Translations under genes and position numbers: made by a program
Shown here: positions 11,716 to 25,200 of the stretch, in pieces
Position numbering within the stretch: position 1 is the first letter of the stretch
Layout of the letters: each line of letters begins with the position of its first letter
The notes under the pieces: model-generated
What the model was told of the DNA's origin: nothing
The model's database searches: none
The model's input: the letters and a program-made list of their open reading frames with translations, nothing else
Assembly: GCA_965112735.1 (NCBI GenBank)
Contig: OZ218954.1
Location: 4,154,001 to 4,218,000, forward strand
DNA: 64,000 bases
Origin: Phaeosaccion multiseriatum
Taxonomy: Eukaryota > Protista > Ochrophyta, other classes
Reading direction: 5' to 3'

Positions 11716-14700
11716 ATGGGGGATGACACGCTGGACTCGCTCCTTCGTGGCAAGTCGGCGCAGCAGCTTGCGGAAGTCCTTTTGGCCTTGGAAGGGCGGT
11801 TAGTCTGCGCAGGTAAATAAAGTGCATGAGGAGAGGAAGGAGGGGAGGGAGGGGAGCGGAGGGAAGAGAGAAGAGCTGCAAGCTGCTGTGAATAATATCT
11901 GCCTCGCTTTTGTTTCTTTATTCTCTCGACTCTCTCTCTCTCTGTCGCTCCATCCATTCCACGAGACTCCGTCAGAGAAGTCATTCTTCGCACAGCAGGA
12001 GGAGTGACAGGAGAAGTAAGTACAGGCTCTCCTGATGTACGCTCCCCTGACACCAAGCGAGCTCGGTTAGATAAGAAGACCCTCGAGCTCACACCCGAGT
12101 CTGGCCATGCGCTGCAGATGGGGCAGGGTCTCGAGGAGGGAGAGGACGGAGGGGGGAAGGGGGGCGCAGGGACGCCTCAGGACAAGGAGGTCAAAACCTC
12201 CCAAAGAGTGAGTAGGTGCCGATTAGAAAAAGGCGCCAAGGCCGAGGGATCTGCAGACGTCGAGGAGGGCTTAGGTGGCGAGGGAAGTGGTCGGGAGCAT
12301 GGGGAAACAACTGGCGCAGCAGCAGCCGCAAAAGCAGCTGCAGGAGGGGCGGGAGGGAAACCACCGAACAACAAGCCGCAAAAGGAGGGTGGTAAGGCGC
12401 GTCAGCAGCGCGGCGTAGAGCAGCAGCAGAAGCAGCAGCAGCTACACCCCGCCCAGGGACTCAAGAACGCCACGCTGCACGCTGCCAAACAGGCCAAGAA
12501 GCAGAAGAACTGGGAGAGGAAGATGAAGAGAAAGGATAAGAAGTCAAGAAAACGTTTCGACTTCTCGAAAACCTATTTCCGACATGTGGCAATCAAGTTT
12601 CTGTACGAGGGGGGGGGCTACTCGGGGCTGACTTTGCAGGGGAAGAGGTACGAGAACGTGGAAACGATTGAGAAGCATCTCTTTCACGCGCTGAGGACGG
12701 TGCGACTTATTAAGGACGACAGCTTAGAGGACATGGACAGCGAGAAGGAGGATGAGGAGGAGAAGAAGAAGGAGGAGCGGGGGGAGGAGAGGAAGGGCGA
12801 GGGAGAGGAGGGGGAGAAGAAGGAGAAGGAGATCGATAACAAGAGCCAGAAGCAGCCGAAGAAGAAAGATAACAACTCAAGCCGCATGGGTATGGGTACA
12901 GCAAGCTTTGAATACAGCAGATGTGGGAGGACGGACAAGGGGGTGAGCGCCTACGGACAGGTGTCAGGACTGCGGATACGCTCGGCCTTGACGGAGGAGG
13001 AGATTGCATCCGACCCCAAGGCCTCGGGTGAGTGTGAGTGAGAGAGAGAGGGCAGTCGGTCGCAGTCGGTGGCAGTCGATGGCAGCGAATGAGGGGGCTG
13101 TGGGCATCAGGGAGTCGTGTGAATACACAGGCGTACGGGCATGGATGGACTGTGGGGGCGAACTAGTCTAAATTTATGTGCTGTGCCCACCCTCACGTGT
13201 TGTGCGTTCCGGTTCTAGGGTACGGATTTGGGTGGGTGGGTGAGTGAGTGAGTGATCGAGTGAGTGAATGACTGAGTGTGGCAGATTCAAGAGGACTGAG
13301 CATCCCCTCCTCTCTCCTTCGGTCTATCTCCCCAACCCCAATAGGCCCCCTGGGGGACGGCTTCCCTCGACCTGACCCGGAGAAGGGCGGCAAGGAGATG
13401 AAGATGGTGAAGGAGCTCGACTACTGCACACTCATCAACAGGTCACACCTAGAGTTTATTCCTCCTTTTCCTCCTCGCCTCCTTGTCCTCCTTCTCCTCT
13501 TCCTCCTCCCAAGTACCCATCCACTGCCATCCTCCTCCTCCTCCTCCTCCTCCTCTTCCTCCCCCTGAATACCTATACACTGCCATCCCCCTCCTCCTCC
13601 TCCTCCTCCTCCTCCTAACCACCCATCCACTGCCATCTTCATCCCCCCCTAACAGGGCCCTCCCTCCGGACATCCAGGTGGTGGCTTGGGCCCCCGTCAG
13701 CGACCACTTCAGCGCACGATTCTCCTCCATCAACCGCACCTACAGGTATGACAGTTGGTGGTACGGTGGGCTGGTTTCAGCTTCAGGTGCTATGTTGGTG
13801 TTTCAGCTTCAGTTGTGTAAGGTGGTTAAGTGCAATCGCAGTGGCAGTGTTTATGTCTAACTGAACTGCCTACCTACGCACCCACCCACCCACCTACCTA
13901 CCCACCCACTCACCCACTCACCCCCTCACCCACTCACCCACCTCCTTCCTACTTCAGGTACTTCTTTGTGCGTCGCTCTCTCGATGTGGAGGCAATGAAC
14001 CGCACGGCCATGCGGCTCGAAGGCCTGCACGACTTTCGCAACTTGTGCAAGCTCGACACTGCGAACGTGTCCAACTTCACACGCAACATCTTCAGCGCAT
14101 CCGTCAGGCCTGCGTGGGACGGGAGCGGTGGTGAGAGAGGGGAGGGGAGGGTGGAGGTGGGGTGAGGGGGGGGAGGGAGGGGAGGGGAGGGGGGGTTGGG
14201 GGGGGGATAGGTGAAGGGTCTACTTGTGAACAAGACTGAACCTGAAGCTGGAAACTCTCGTGTGTGCTACTCTCTTCGCAGCTGCACAGCATCATAGGCA
14301 TCAGAAGATGGCAGTAGATGGGGAGGGAGAGAAGAAGGGGGGTGGAGCAGATGGTGAATCAGCAGCAGTGGCCAAGGAGGGGGAGGGTCTCCGAGCAGAG
14401 GAGGAGGAGCGGCAGAGGCAGCAGCAAGGGCTGGACGACTACTGGCAGGTGAGCTTGTGTACAGATAGTATCGATGCGTTCGAAATTGGTCGGTGAGCAT
14501 ACGTCATCCGGGAGGAGGGGAAGGGCCTGACGTGAAGCACACACAGCAGTTGGTGATACAGCAGCCCTGACTGATCCTCTGCCGAAGGTGTACATGCCCT
14601 TCTGCCCGCCCCATGCGCCCGTGTCGATATCCTCTGTGACTCACAACTGCCGTATATATATACATGTGTATGTGTATGTATAACAGGTGTGCGTGTTCGA

Positions 14701-17338
14701 GGTGCAGGGCTCGGCGTTCCTGTGGCACATGGTGCGGTGCATCATGGCCGTGCTCTTCCTCGTGGGGGAGGGGGTGGAGAGGGAGAACATCGTTGACTTC
14801 CTCATCGACACTGAAGGTTAGCAAAGGATGCTTCATCGTGCTCTCACTGTCTACCTCTGCCTTTCTCCTGACACTCTGTCTCGGTCCTGTCACCTGTTTC
14901 TATATCGTGACACTCTACCGCGCTCTGACCCTGTCCTGACACTCTGACTCTGTCCTGACACTGCCTGGTGCCTGGTAGGGGCCTGCAAGAACAAGCCCAT
15001 CTACGAAATGGCCCCCGAGCTGCCCCTCGTGCTACAAGACTGCGGCTTCTCAAACTTGAAGTTCGAGCACCAGGTACGTTCATCTTCAACTTGAAGCCCG
15101 AGAAGTTGAAGCTTGGGTACCCCCTCCTCCCCTCCATTCCTTCTTCCTTACCTACCTACCCACCTACCGGCCCACCCACCCACCGACCTAACACCCGTGC
15201 CTCTCCATCTACTGCCATCTCCCCCTCACCCCCCTCCCTAGCCCTACCCCCTCTGGATGCTCCAAAACAAACTCGAAGTATTGTTCGACGAAGCCGCCAT
15301 TCGCACCGCAAGGTAAGGTGCTGTCTCAGCCGCCAAGAGCGTACGCCATAGTGACTACCACCTCCTCCTTCTCCTCCTCCTCCTCCTCCTCCTCCTCCTC
15401 CTCCTACTCCTCCTCCTCCTCCTCCTCCTCCTCCTCCTCCTCCTCCTCCTCCCCCTCCCCCTCCTCCTCCTCCCCCCCCTCCTCCTCCTCCTTCTCCTCC
15501 TCCTCCTCCCCCTCCTCGTCCTCCTCCTCCTCCTCCTCCTCCACCACCACCACCACCACCACCTCCTCCACCACCTCCTCCTCCTCCTCCTCCTCGTCCT
15601 CTTCCTCCTCTTCCTCCCCTTCCTCCTCAATAATCTTCCCCCTCCTCTTCACCCTCCTCCTCCCCCTCCTTCTTCTTCTTCTCCTCCTCCTCCTCCTCTT
15701 CCTCCTCCTCCTCCTCCTCCTCCTCCTCCTCCTCCTCCTCCTCCTCCTCCTCCCCCTCCCCCCCCTCCCCCTCCTCCACCACCTCCTCCTCCTCCCCTCC
15801 AGGATCCGAAACGCCATCGACTCCCTCCTGGGGTACGAGGTCAAGAAAGCCGATCTGGAAGCCATGCTCCAAGGAATGACCAAAGAGAACGACAAGAGGT
15901 AGCGTGAGGAGTGAGAGTATAGTCGGGGGGGGAGCTCTCTCTATCTCTGTCTCTCCGCGTGTGTCTTTCTCCCCATCTCCAGCTCCCTCTCTCACACACA
16001 CATACTGTCTCTCTCGTCTCCCTCTCTTTCCTCTCTCCCCATGTCCCTACTTCTATCACTATGGTTATCTCTTTCCTCCTTCCTCTCTCTCTACAGTGCG
16101 ACTCATCTCAGGGACAAGAACGGCGCCCAGAAGAAGACAGAGGACAAGAAACTGGAACTCAAACTTGGGAACGGCGGAGATGCCATGGAGGTGGGCAGTG
16201 AATGCTCTGAAGGCGGGCAGCATGAGGAATTGGTGATACAAGAGGAGAAGGACGAGAAGGAGGAGGAGGGGAAGGAGGGGGGGGAGGCCGGTGGGGTGCC
16301 AGCAGTGGGAGGAGAAGGGGGTGCCACATGCAGTCGTATGGGTAGCAGCAGCAGTAGTCCTGACACCCACAGTGGAGGCGGTGGGGGGGGGGGTCATAGA
16401 AGCGGGTCTACTGAGATGGAAATGGTGCCATGGGCAGAGGCTTTGGCCACCCTGAGGGGCAAGCGAGGCACTTACTGCATGAGGAAGACCAATGGGGCCT
16501 TACGCGCGGGTGAGTGTAGTGTGTATTGTGCCTCTCCCCTCCCTCCGTCCTTCCTTCCCCTCGTTCGCTCCTGCCTTCCGTCCTTCCTTCCTTCCCTCCC
16601 TCCCTCCCTCCCTCCCTCCCTCCCTCCCTCCCTCCCTCCCTCCCTCCCCCCTCCCTCCTTCCCTTCGTTCCTTCCTTCCTTCCTTCCTTCCCTCCTCTTC
16701 CTCCTCTCCCGCCTCTGCCTCCCTCCCTGCCTTCCTCCCTTATGGTGAAGGAAGTGAATATCAATGATATGGTCACACTTGGAGTGATCAGTGCATTGGG
16801 TGCTCACAGTCTCCCCAATTTGATCTTCACCCTCACCCTCATTCTGCCTGACCTTGCTCGTGCCCCTGCCCCATGCTATGCCCGTCTTCTCCCTCTCCTC
16901 AGCCCCCCGTCGGCTGTATAAGTCAATGGACACACGCCTTACATTACGCACTTACGAGGAGAGTGTGGCGGACCTGCATGGCTACAAGCGGGCACGGTAC
17001 GTAAGCTTACGTGAGGGAGGGACGGAGAGAGGGAGAGAGGGAGGCCCGGTATCACTTCGAGTCGTTTCTACTTCCAAGTTTTGCTTTATTGCCTCCATTG
17101 CTTATGGTTATTTTTGTTGTTCGCTCCTACTATTCACAGATACGACCGTCACATCAGCCTGAAGGAGCGAGGCAAGGACGGGAGGGACCGTGCCTTCTAC
17201 ATGCAAGCAAGGAGGGCGGGATCCATCCCTTTCTACAATCCTGCACTGCTGCTGCCCGGAGCGGGGCCGGAGGGGGGGGAGGGGCAGGACTGGCAGGCGG
17301 TGGAGGAGGAGGAGGAGGAGGAGGAAGAGATGGGGTAG
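11716..17338 (+). CDS. PUS3: tRNA pseudouridine(38/39) synthase, TruA family, PUS3/Deg1-like, spliced
   Basis: Motifs RHVAIKFLYEG..YSG, TIEKHLFHAL, YSRCGRTDKGVSAYGQV, NRALPPDI.V.AW, FSARFS...RTYRYFF, HDFRNLCKLD, GSAFLWHMVRCIMAVLFLVG and KPIYEMAPELPLVL. Exon 1 (11716-11812) splices in frame to 11999. Confidence 0.92.
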
Positions 17339-17975
17339 GAGGAGGAGAGACAGGAGGAGCAATGGGAAGGCTAGCAAGGCGACGGAGGAGGAGGGGAAGG
17401 AAGTTGACGGCGTCGTGCTTGCATCCATTCCTCCATCCATCAGGGCTTTGCAGGCCCTCCTCCATACATACACGAGTCAGGCCTCCGTATCTGACTCACA
17501 GATGGATGGACCTATACGCGAGCAGTGGATGTCAGCGGATGGCAACGGACGGCAGCGGATGGGGGTGGGGCGTGGTCTCTTGCCCCGTTGGGGATGGCAG
17601 TAGACGGCAGTAGGGTGGTGTCAGGGTGGTGCAGCCTTTGGGGGTGAGCAACACAAGGAACTTGCACTTTCTCACTGCTGCTGCTGTCGTCGCTGCTGTC
17701 ATCGCTGTTGTCATCGCTGCTGCTACCAGCCCTCATGCCCTCGCTGAGCTTAAGTCTCTCCGCCACGGCAGCGGGAATTTCAAAATCCTCGCTGAGTGGT
17801 GGGGGAAACGTTCATTTTTCCTTGCACCGGACACTGGCACAGTTTTCAATTCAATTCGTCACTTTCGTAAATTTTATTTTTGCAATTGGACGATGCTTGC
17901 CTACCTCCCCCTTCTTCTACCTTCATTTTTCTTTTCCTGTTTTTTTTTTTTGACAGGTTTCACTAAAAAAAAATT

Positions 17976-18213
17976 GTTGCTCTATCACCGACTGCCGCGC
18001 TGCTGCTGCTGTACCACCAACTGCCGCTGATGCTGCTCTATCACCGACTGCCGCAGATGCTGCTCTATCACCGACTGCCGCAGATGCTGCTGTATCACCA
18101 ACTGCCGCTGATGCTGCTGTGCCACCAATTGCTGCAGATACTGCTGTATCACCAACTACCGCTGATGCTGCTGGATCACCAGCTGCTGCTGTTGCTGCTG
18201 CATCACCAATTGC
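17976..18213. repeat. 27-bp minisatellite (TGCTGCTCTATCACCGACTGCCGCAGA-like), about 8-9 degenerate units
   Basis: Period directly visible; the minus strand reads (AASAAVGDT/R)n in ORF 17923-18237. Confidence 0.9.
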
Positions 18214-18332
18214 CGTGCTTTGTGGTGAGCTGCTCATGTTCTTCCCCGGCGGCTCGTCTTCGCTCCTCTTGGTTAGCTCGAAGCCATGTATTCACAACAC
18301 CTCTCAGTGAACAAAAAACAACTCCTCCGGGG

Positions 18333-20372
18333 CTAAGGGTCCTCCCTGCTTCGCTTCCTCGGCGGCTCATCCCCCTCCGCCTCCTTGGCCAGCTCAAAGC
18401 CGTAGAGAGTCATGAGCGCCTTCACCTCCCTCGACATGGCCTCGATGCAGAAAAAGTCCGCTGCCTGCAGTGCCTGCTCCGCTCTCACCTCGTCGAACAG
18501 CTTCACGCGCTCCCTCTTCCTTTCTTTTGATGCCTCACCACTGCTCCCACCATCTACTTCACCGCCGCCGCCGACCGTCTCGGAGCTGCGGTCAGTGATT
18601 CCATCCGTGTTCTCTGTGCTCAGCTGCCGACGGCGCCCTCGGGTAAGCAGGCTCTTGACGCTACCCGTCGTGACGAACTGCACCACAGCTGCAAAGCCCT
18701 CCTCGGTAAAGTCCACTCCGTCAAGCGTCACCTCCACCTCGTCCTTGGCCTTGCCCTTGATGCCCATGAAGCCCCGCCCCGCCGGGTCCAGCATGGTAGG
18801 GAGACTGCCTGCAGCCGTGTCATGCCTGTCCGAGCCATCAAAGCTCCCTCCCTCCCCTTCAGTCTTGTTCATCAGCAGCTCCATCAGGGGTATGCTCAGT
18901 GTGTACTGCGTGTCCTTGCTCTTCCCCGTCGTCCTGTCTACCAAGCGCACTCTCACCACACGGCCCTCCTTGGCGGCCTCAGAGTATGCAGAGCCGGAAG
19001 AGATGTGTCCAGCTATGGTATTGCAGACACGATCAGCAGATTCGTGTGCCTGTCTTTCCTGTCTGACATACGCCCCGACAACGTCCCCACAATCGCTCTC
19101 GCCCACCAAGGCCATGACCGGATTGGTGACGGCAGCGCCCATCTCCAGCAGGAGTGCCGCCACCTTCTCCCTCCCTCGCGTGGACCCGCTATACATATAT
19201 ATATATATATATTTGCGAAGAATAATAATAACCTTTGCAGGAGCCATGCACACCATCAAGGGGCTGCTCCCCGTGGTGGTCAGAGCGTCGATCTCAGCCC
19301 CAGCCTCCAACAGGAGGTACGCCAGCCTCATGTTACCCCATGCCGCTGCCAGGTGAAGGGGTGCAACGTTACCCTCTCGCTTGGCGTTCACGTTGGATCC
19401 TGCGTCGATCAGCTCGGCTGCAATGTCCATTTTCCCGCACAGCAGAGCACTGTGGAGCGGCGTGTTGTTCTTGGAATCAGCAGCGTCGAGGGAGGCTCCG
19501 AGGCGGATGAGCGCCTTCACACAGGTGGACATGCCCTTCATAGCAGCGAAGTGCAGAGGAGTGCGCTGATCAGAGTCCTTCACGTCCACCGCCAGCCCTC
19601 GACGGATGAGGACGTCGATAAGTTCACTGTGACCGGCACCAGCGGCCTCGTGCATGAGAGAGCGGCCGAACCGGTCCTTCACGTTCAAATCCGCTCCTGC
19701 CTCTGTCAGCAAGGACAGGGCCTCCAATCTCTCGCTGGTGGTGCTCTTGGTCAAACCAGAGCAGCACAACTTGGCTGGTGTACTTCGGCAGAAGTCGTCT
19801 TTCAGCTCGTTCACCTTCGCACCGGCCCTGAGTAGCATCCTGATAGACACAGGACAGCCGGCGCGGGCTACGTTGTGCAAGGCGTAGCTATCCTCCACCC
19901 TGGCCCCATGCTCCAGAAGGTACGACACGATCTTGGGGTGACTTTCGCTCAAGTAGCTGCCCGCAGCGGCAGCCAAGGGAACTAAGCCATACACATCACA
20001 TTTGTTCACATCTGCACCCTCCTCCACGAGCTCCTGCACCAAAGCGAAATGGCCATGGAATGAAGCTTGGACCAGCGCGGTACTGCCATCATCAGCAGCC
20101 TCTCCTCGTGTCATGTCAATGTCCAGCCCGCAGTCCTTCAGCAGCTTCACGCACCCCCGCATCTGCAAACCCTTCTCCTCCATGGTGATCTTGTCCATGT
20201 CAGCAAGAACGTGCAGAGGCGTGTTGCCCTTCCTGTGAAGGGATTCAAAGTTGATGGATGTGAGCATGGCTGCCAGCAAAAAAGAAAGCTCGTCCACACC
20301 AACGCCCTTCCCCTCATGGCTCCCATCACGCCACTCTTGAATCAGCTGCAGGTTCTTGCTCAAGGCCCACAT
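18333..20372 (-). CDS. Ankyrin-BTB family copy 2, full-length, intronless, 679 aa
   Basis: About 10 ankyrin repeats (TPLHFAA, TPLHSAL, APLHLAA, G.DVN). C-terminal BTB-like segment (VTLDGVDFTEEGFAAVVQFVTTG...QALQAADFFCIEAM) and PPRKRSR tail. Confidence 0.92.
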   Translation of the reverse strand: MWALSKNLQLIQEWRDGSHEGKGVGVDELSFLLAAMLTSINFESLHRKGNTPLHVLADMDKITMEEKGLQMRGCVKLLKDCGLDIDMTRGEAADDGSTALVQASFHGHFALVQELVEEGADVNKCDVYGLVPLAAAAGSYLSESHPKIVSYLLEHGARVEDSYALHNVARAGCPVSIRMLLRAGAKVNELKDDFCRSTPAKLCCSGLTKSTTSERLEALSLLTEAGADLNVKDRFGRSLMHEAAGAGHSELIDVLIRRGLAVDVKDSDQRTPLHFAAMKGMSTCVKALIRLGASLDAADSKNNTPLHSALLCGKMDIAAELIDAGSNVNAKREGNVAPLHLAAAWGNMRLAYLLLEAGAEIDALTTTGSSPLMVCMAPAKVIIILRKYIYIYMYSGSTRGREKVAALLLEMGAAVTNPVMALVGESDCGDVVGAYVRQERQAHESADRVCNTIAGHISSGSAYSEAAKEGRVVRVRLVDRTTGKSKDTQYTLSIPLMELLMNKTEGEGGSFDGSDRHDTAAGSLPTMLDPAGRGFMGIKGKAKDEVEVTLDGVDFTEEGFAAVVQFVTTGSVKSLLTRGRRRQLSTENTDGITDRSSETVGGGGEVDGGSSGEASKERKRERVKLFDEVRAEQALQAADFFCIEAMSREVKALMTLYGFELAKEAEGDEPPRKRSREDP

Positions 20373-20600
20373 GCTCTTCAGGCGTTCGTTGTTTAAAGGT
20401 GAGGAGGAGGAGGAGGAGGAGGAGGAGGAGGAGGAGGAGGAGGAGCAAGGAACGGACGGATTTAAAATTTAATTGACATAATTGACGGATTCGGTTAGTC
20501 GGTACTGACGCCATCTGTGACCACGTCCTCTCCCGCCCGTCCGCCCGGCGCTGCCCCCGCTAATTTCCCAAAGCCTTCACGCAAACAGAGTAGTGTAGAG

Positions 20601-20880
20601 ATGGCACCCTCTGTGCCGGACTCAGTATCAGGAGGAATCCCGGACACCGCCGCTCCTCCTCCTCCCGGCTTTGTGGAGAAGGCTGAGCACGATGAACGAG
20701 ACTATAAGACCATTGTGCTGGAGAACAAGATGGAGGTAATATATTGTGTGTGTTTGGTGGGGCTTGGGTGTTGTGTGTGTGCGCGCGTATGCTCGTGCGT
20801 TGTTCCCTCACCTTCCCCTCCTTTCCTTGTTTTATTCTACGTGCCCGCCCACCCCTTTCACCCCCTTCACCCCCCGCCTC

Positions 20881-20913
<33 letters not shown>

Positions 20914-22151
20914 AGGTGCTGCTAATACATGACAAAGAGGCCGACAAAGCCGCGGCAGCTATGGTGAGGACAGCGAGGAAGAGATGCATCCTCACCTTCC
21001 TCTCTCTCGCTCGCTCTCTCCCTCCCTCCCTCCCTCGTCCATCGCTCTCTCCCCCTAAATTTGATGATACAATGGTGTGGTGGTGAGATTATTTCCTGTC
21101 TTAGACAATGTCACGCCCTACCCTGCACTGCCCAGGCTCCGAACTAGACCCTGAGCGTAACTCGCAGCCCCACTCACACCGTGCTTTGTGTCCCGCCTCC
21201 TTGACTCTTGACTCCGAACCTTCCCTCCTGCCCTTCCTCTCCCTCTACTTCTCTTACCTATCCACCTATCTGTGTACCTACCAACCTCCTTGGGTGCCTT
21301 TCTTCTCTATTTATCTGCTATGGGTTGTTGCCATGTTTTGTTGTTGTTGCTGCTCCTCTCCTGCTCTGCCCTGCACCTGCAGGACGTGAAAGTTGGGCAA
21401 CTCAATGACCCTAAGCACGCCATGGGTCTGGCGCATTTCTGCGAGCACAGTGAGTAAAGTAGTTACAGTAACATTGGCAATCACAGTGTTAGTTTGTTCT
21501 TCTCCCGAGCACCCGCACCCCCCCGTCCCCTATCCACTCTCTCTCAATCTCTCAGCTCCCTTCCCTCCTTCCCTCCTTCCCTCCTTCCCTCTACATCTCT
21601 CCCTCTCCCTCCCCCCCTCTCTCTCCCTCTCTCTCCCTCTCTCTCAGTGCTATTTCTCGGTACAGCAAAGTACCCTGACGAAGGCGCTTACAACGCCTTC
21701 CTCAACGGACATGGCGGATCGAGGTATGGGGGGGGGGGGGCAGGATGGCAGTGGATGGAGGCTGGGGGATGGCAGTGGATGGAGCCTTGAGAAGGGATGC
21801 CCAGCGGCTTAGGGTCGTCGAGGTTTGTCAAGATCGAGTCGCTCACACGCTTTCCCCGACGGGAGCTTCAATCTCTTCCTCACTCTCTCATTCTTCCTCC
21901 ATGACTCACTCCCTCTCTCGCTCTCCCCCCCTCTCTCCCTCCATCTGCCTCCCTCTCTATGTGCGTGTGTGCCTCTCTCCTGCATCCCCGCCCCGCGTCC
22001 CTCAGTAATGCCTACACCGACATGGAACAAACGAATTATTATTTCGATGTCAACCAGGAGCATCTCGAAGGTGCGATGGCAGCCTAAGTGTACGGCGAAG
22101 GTACCACATGGCAAGAGGAACTGATTGCTCGGATTAGTCGCCAGACGCGTG

Positions 22152-22204
<53 letters not shown>

Positions 22205-25200
22205 GAGGAAGGAAGGAAGGATAGAGATAGAGGTAGAGAGAGAGGGAGGGAGAGAGACAGCGGGGGAGAGAGAGCGCGGGCGAGAGGGAGAGAGAGGGGG
22301 ATGGAAAGGGACAAGAAAGAGAGGATGGCCCGACCTCCCTACGCTACCGACAATCACACCCTCCACTGACATACTCACCCGCCCACTGACATACTCACCC
22401 TCCCACGCGTGTGCTCTCATAACTGTAGGCGCTCTGGACATCTTTAGCAACTTCTTCAAAGAGCCGGTGAGTGAGTGAGTGAGTGAGTGAGGGAGTGGGT
22501 GGGTGAGAGAGTGAGGGCGATGAGAGGCATATGGCGAGGAAGAGAGGGAGGGAGGGAGGGAGGCAGGGAGAAAGAGAGAGGGGGGGGAGAGGGAGGGAGG
22601 GAAGGACGGAGGAAGAGAGGGTGAGGGAGAGGGATCGAGGGAGGGTGCTTTTGATGTAATGTTATTCTTATATTACCCCACCCCCGGTCCACCCCCTTGC
22701 GCGCCTCCCTCTCCCATGCGTATCACTCACGGGTTCGTCTCGATTTTGCACAGCTCTTTACGGAAGGCGCGACGGACAGGGAAATGAATGCAGGTATATG
22801 GGTACGCGTCTATAAATTGGGACAGACAGAGCAGTTTCGGGAGATAAAATGGAGCAGTTTCGGGCCGCTCCCTGCCGCACGTGTGCCGTCGAGTGGTGTG
22901 GATAGACACCAACGTAACACCTGATACCTGACATGACACCTCTGATTGACACCTCACACCTCACATTTTGTACTTCACACCTGACACCTCATGCTTCACA
23001 TCATACACCTCATGCTTCACACCTCACACCTCACACCTCACACCTCACACCTGATACCTGACATGACACCTCACACCAACAACCACATACTTCACACCTG
23101 ACACCTCACTCCTCACACCTCTGATACTTCACACCTGACACCTCACTCCTCACACCTCTGATACTTCACACCTCACGCCTCACACCTCACACCTGGTACT
23201 TCACCCCTCTAACAGTTGACTCTGAGAACTCCAAGAACCTGCAAAGCGACACGTGGAGGACCATCCAGCTCTATAAGACTTTGGCGTTGGAGGACCACCC
23301 CTTCAGCCAGGTACATGTACAGGCTTATGGGCAGGATAGGGGTGTATGGGCAGGGCCTCATGGCCAGAGGCATATGAAAGGGCAGAGTCATATGGAAAGA
23401 ACAGAGCAGGGAAGAGAGGAGAGCGGAGCAGAGCAGTGCCCGGGTTTTACATAGAGCACAACGTTTGGTGCCAGTTGTTGCCGCCCCCGATCACACTTAC
23501 TCACTCACACACACACACACACACGCACGTACACACTATCTCTCTCACACTCACACACACCCTCTCCGTGATACCAGTTCGGGACCGGAAACCTCCAGAC
23601 CCTTAAAGACGACCCCCTTGCCGCGGTGAGTACGATATTCAATGTCGACCCCTTTTGCCTTGGTCGACATCTCGATATTAAATGTCGGTATCTATATTGT
23701 CCGCTTGTGGAGGGGGTCGGACAAGAGGAAGATGCGATTTGGAAACCGAGGAGTTGGGAGGTCTCATTTCTTCCTTCCTCTCCTCTCCTCTCCTCTCCTC
23801 TCCTCTCCTCTCCTCTCGTCTCGTCTCCACTCCTTTCCTCTCCTCCCCTCATCTCTTCTCCTCTCCTCTCCTCTACCCGCCTCCCTCTCCCCTTCTGCCC
23901 ATGTACCTCCGCCCTCCTCCCTTCGCCCCTCCCCTCCTCCCCTCACCCCCTCCTCTATCCTCCCTCCTCCTCCCAACTTGGCGACGCTCCTCCGCATCAC
24001 CAACACTAGGGCGTGAACATCCGAGAGGAGCTGCTCCGTTTTTACAATTCTCAGTACAGCGCAAATCGAATGAAACTCTCCGTCCTGGGCAGGCATAGCA
24101 TCGGTGAGTGCGTTATTTACCACCTCACCTCCCTTCTTCGTTCTCTCTCTTTCTCTCTTTCTCTCTGTCTCCTCTCTCTCTCTGTGTGTATATTCTGTGT
24201 GTGTGTGATTCTCTCCCATCCATCCCCCATCCACTGCATGGCCTTTAACTCATCCCATCCACTGCCATCCACCCACTGCCATCAGCCGATCTGGAGGCCA
24301 TGGTCCGCTCCAATTTCGAGGAGGTGGAGAACAAGGACCTTCAGCGCCCCCCCGAAAAGGGCAGCCCCTTCACGCCAGACCTGCTGGTGGGTAGGGAGGG
24401 AAGCAAGGATGATGCATGGATGGATGCATGGATGGATGCATGGATGGATGGATGGATGGCATCTGGATAGATGGATCCCAGCAGAGGGCAGCAGATGGCA
24501 GCAGATGGCAGCCGATGGTATCGTTGGTATCGTATTGGTTCATTTACATCTGTATTGACACTGAAGCTGAAATTGCCACCCCTCCTTCTCCTCTCTCTCT
24601 CTCTCTCTCCGTACTCACAGGGCCGTCGCCTGAATGTCGTACCCGTCAAGGACATCCGTCAGGTGAGCTACGAAGTCGACACCCCCTCTTTCTCTCACGC
24701 ACCTACTCGCACACACATGCACACGCACGCACTATGTCTTTCGCACACCCACCCACCCAGCCATCCACTGTCGTGACACCCACCCACCCACGTTGGTGAT
24801 ACGCCATTCCCCACCCCCCCTTACCCGCCCGACAGGTCCAAGTGGCATGGATCCTCCCCTCTGTGCAGGCCCATTGGAGAACCAAACCGCTCAACTACAT
24901 GAGCCATTTGTTGGGGCACGAGGGAGAGGGTAGCTTGCTGTCCCTGCTCAAGAGGAAAGGGTGGGCCAACGAGCTCGGAGCGGGCGAGTTTTATTCCACG
25001 AGCGAGTTTAGTACGTTTACGGTGTCAGTGGACTGTACGGATGAGGGCATGAAATGCCAGGACGATGTGAGTGAGAGTGAGTGAGAGTGAGTTAGAGAGT
25101 TGGTGTCTGAGGGGGGGTTTATTGACTTCGTTTAGTGTATGAGGGTGTCAGGGGACAACACGGATGAGGAGAGTGTGAGTGTGAGTTTGAGTGTGAGTGT

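Noticed and set aside
15318-16001. Long ORFs of poly-S/E/R/L, and similar GREG, PPSL, PTYL, VCLS and HT ORFs elsewhere
   Set aside because: Stop-free translations of intronic microsatellites inside genes with clear GT-AG exons.
17340-17770. Possible small minus-strand gene with a hydrophobic tail
   Set aside because: No consistent spliced frame could be built, and the hydrophobic tail is antisense to PUS3 GAG repeats.
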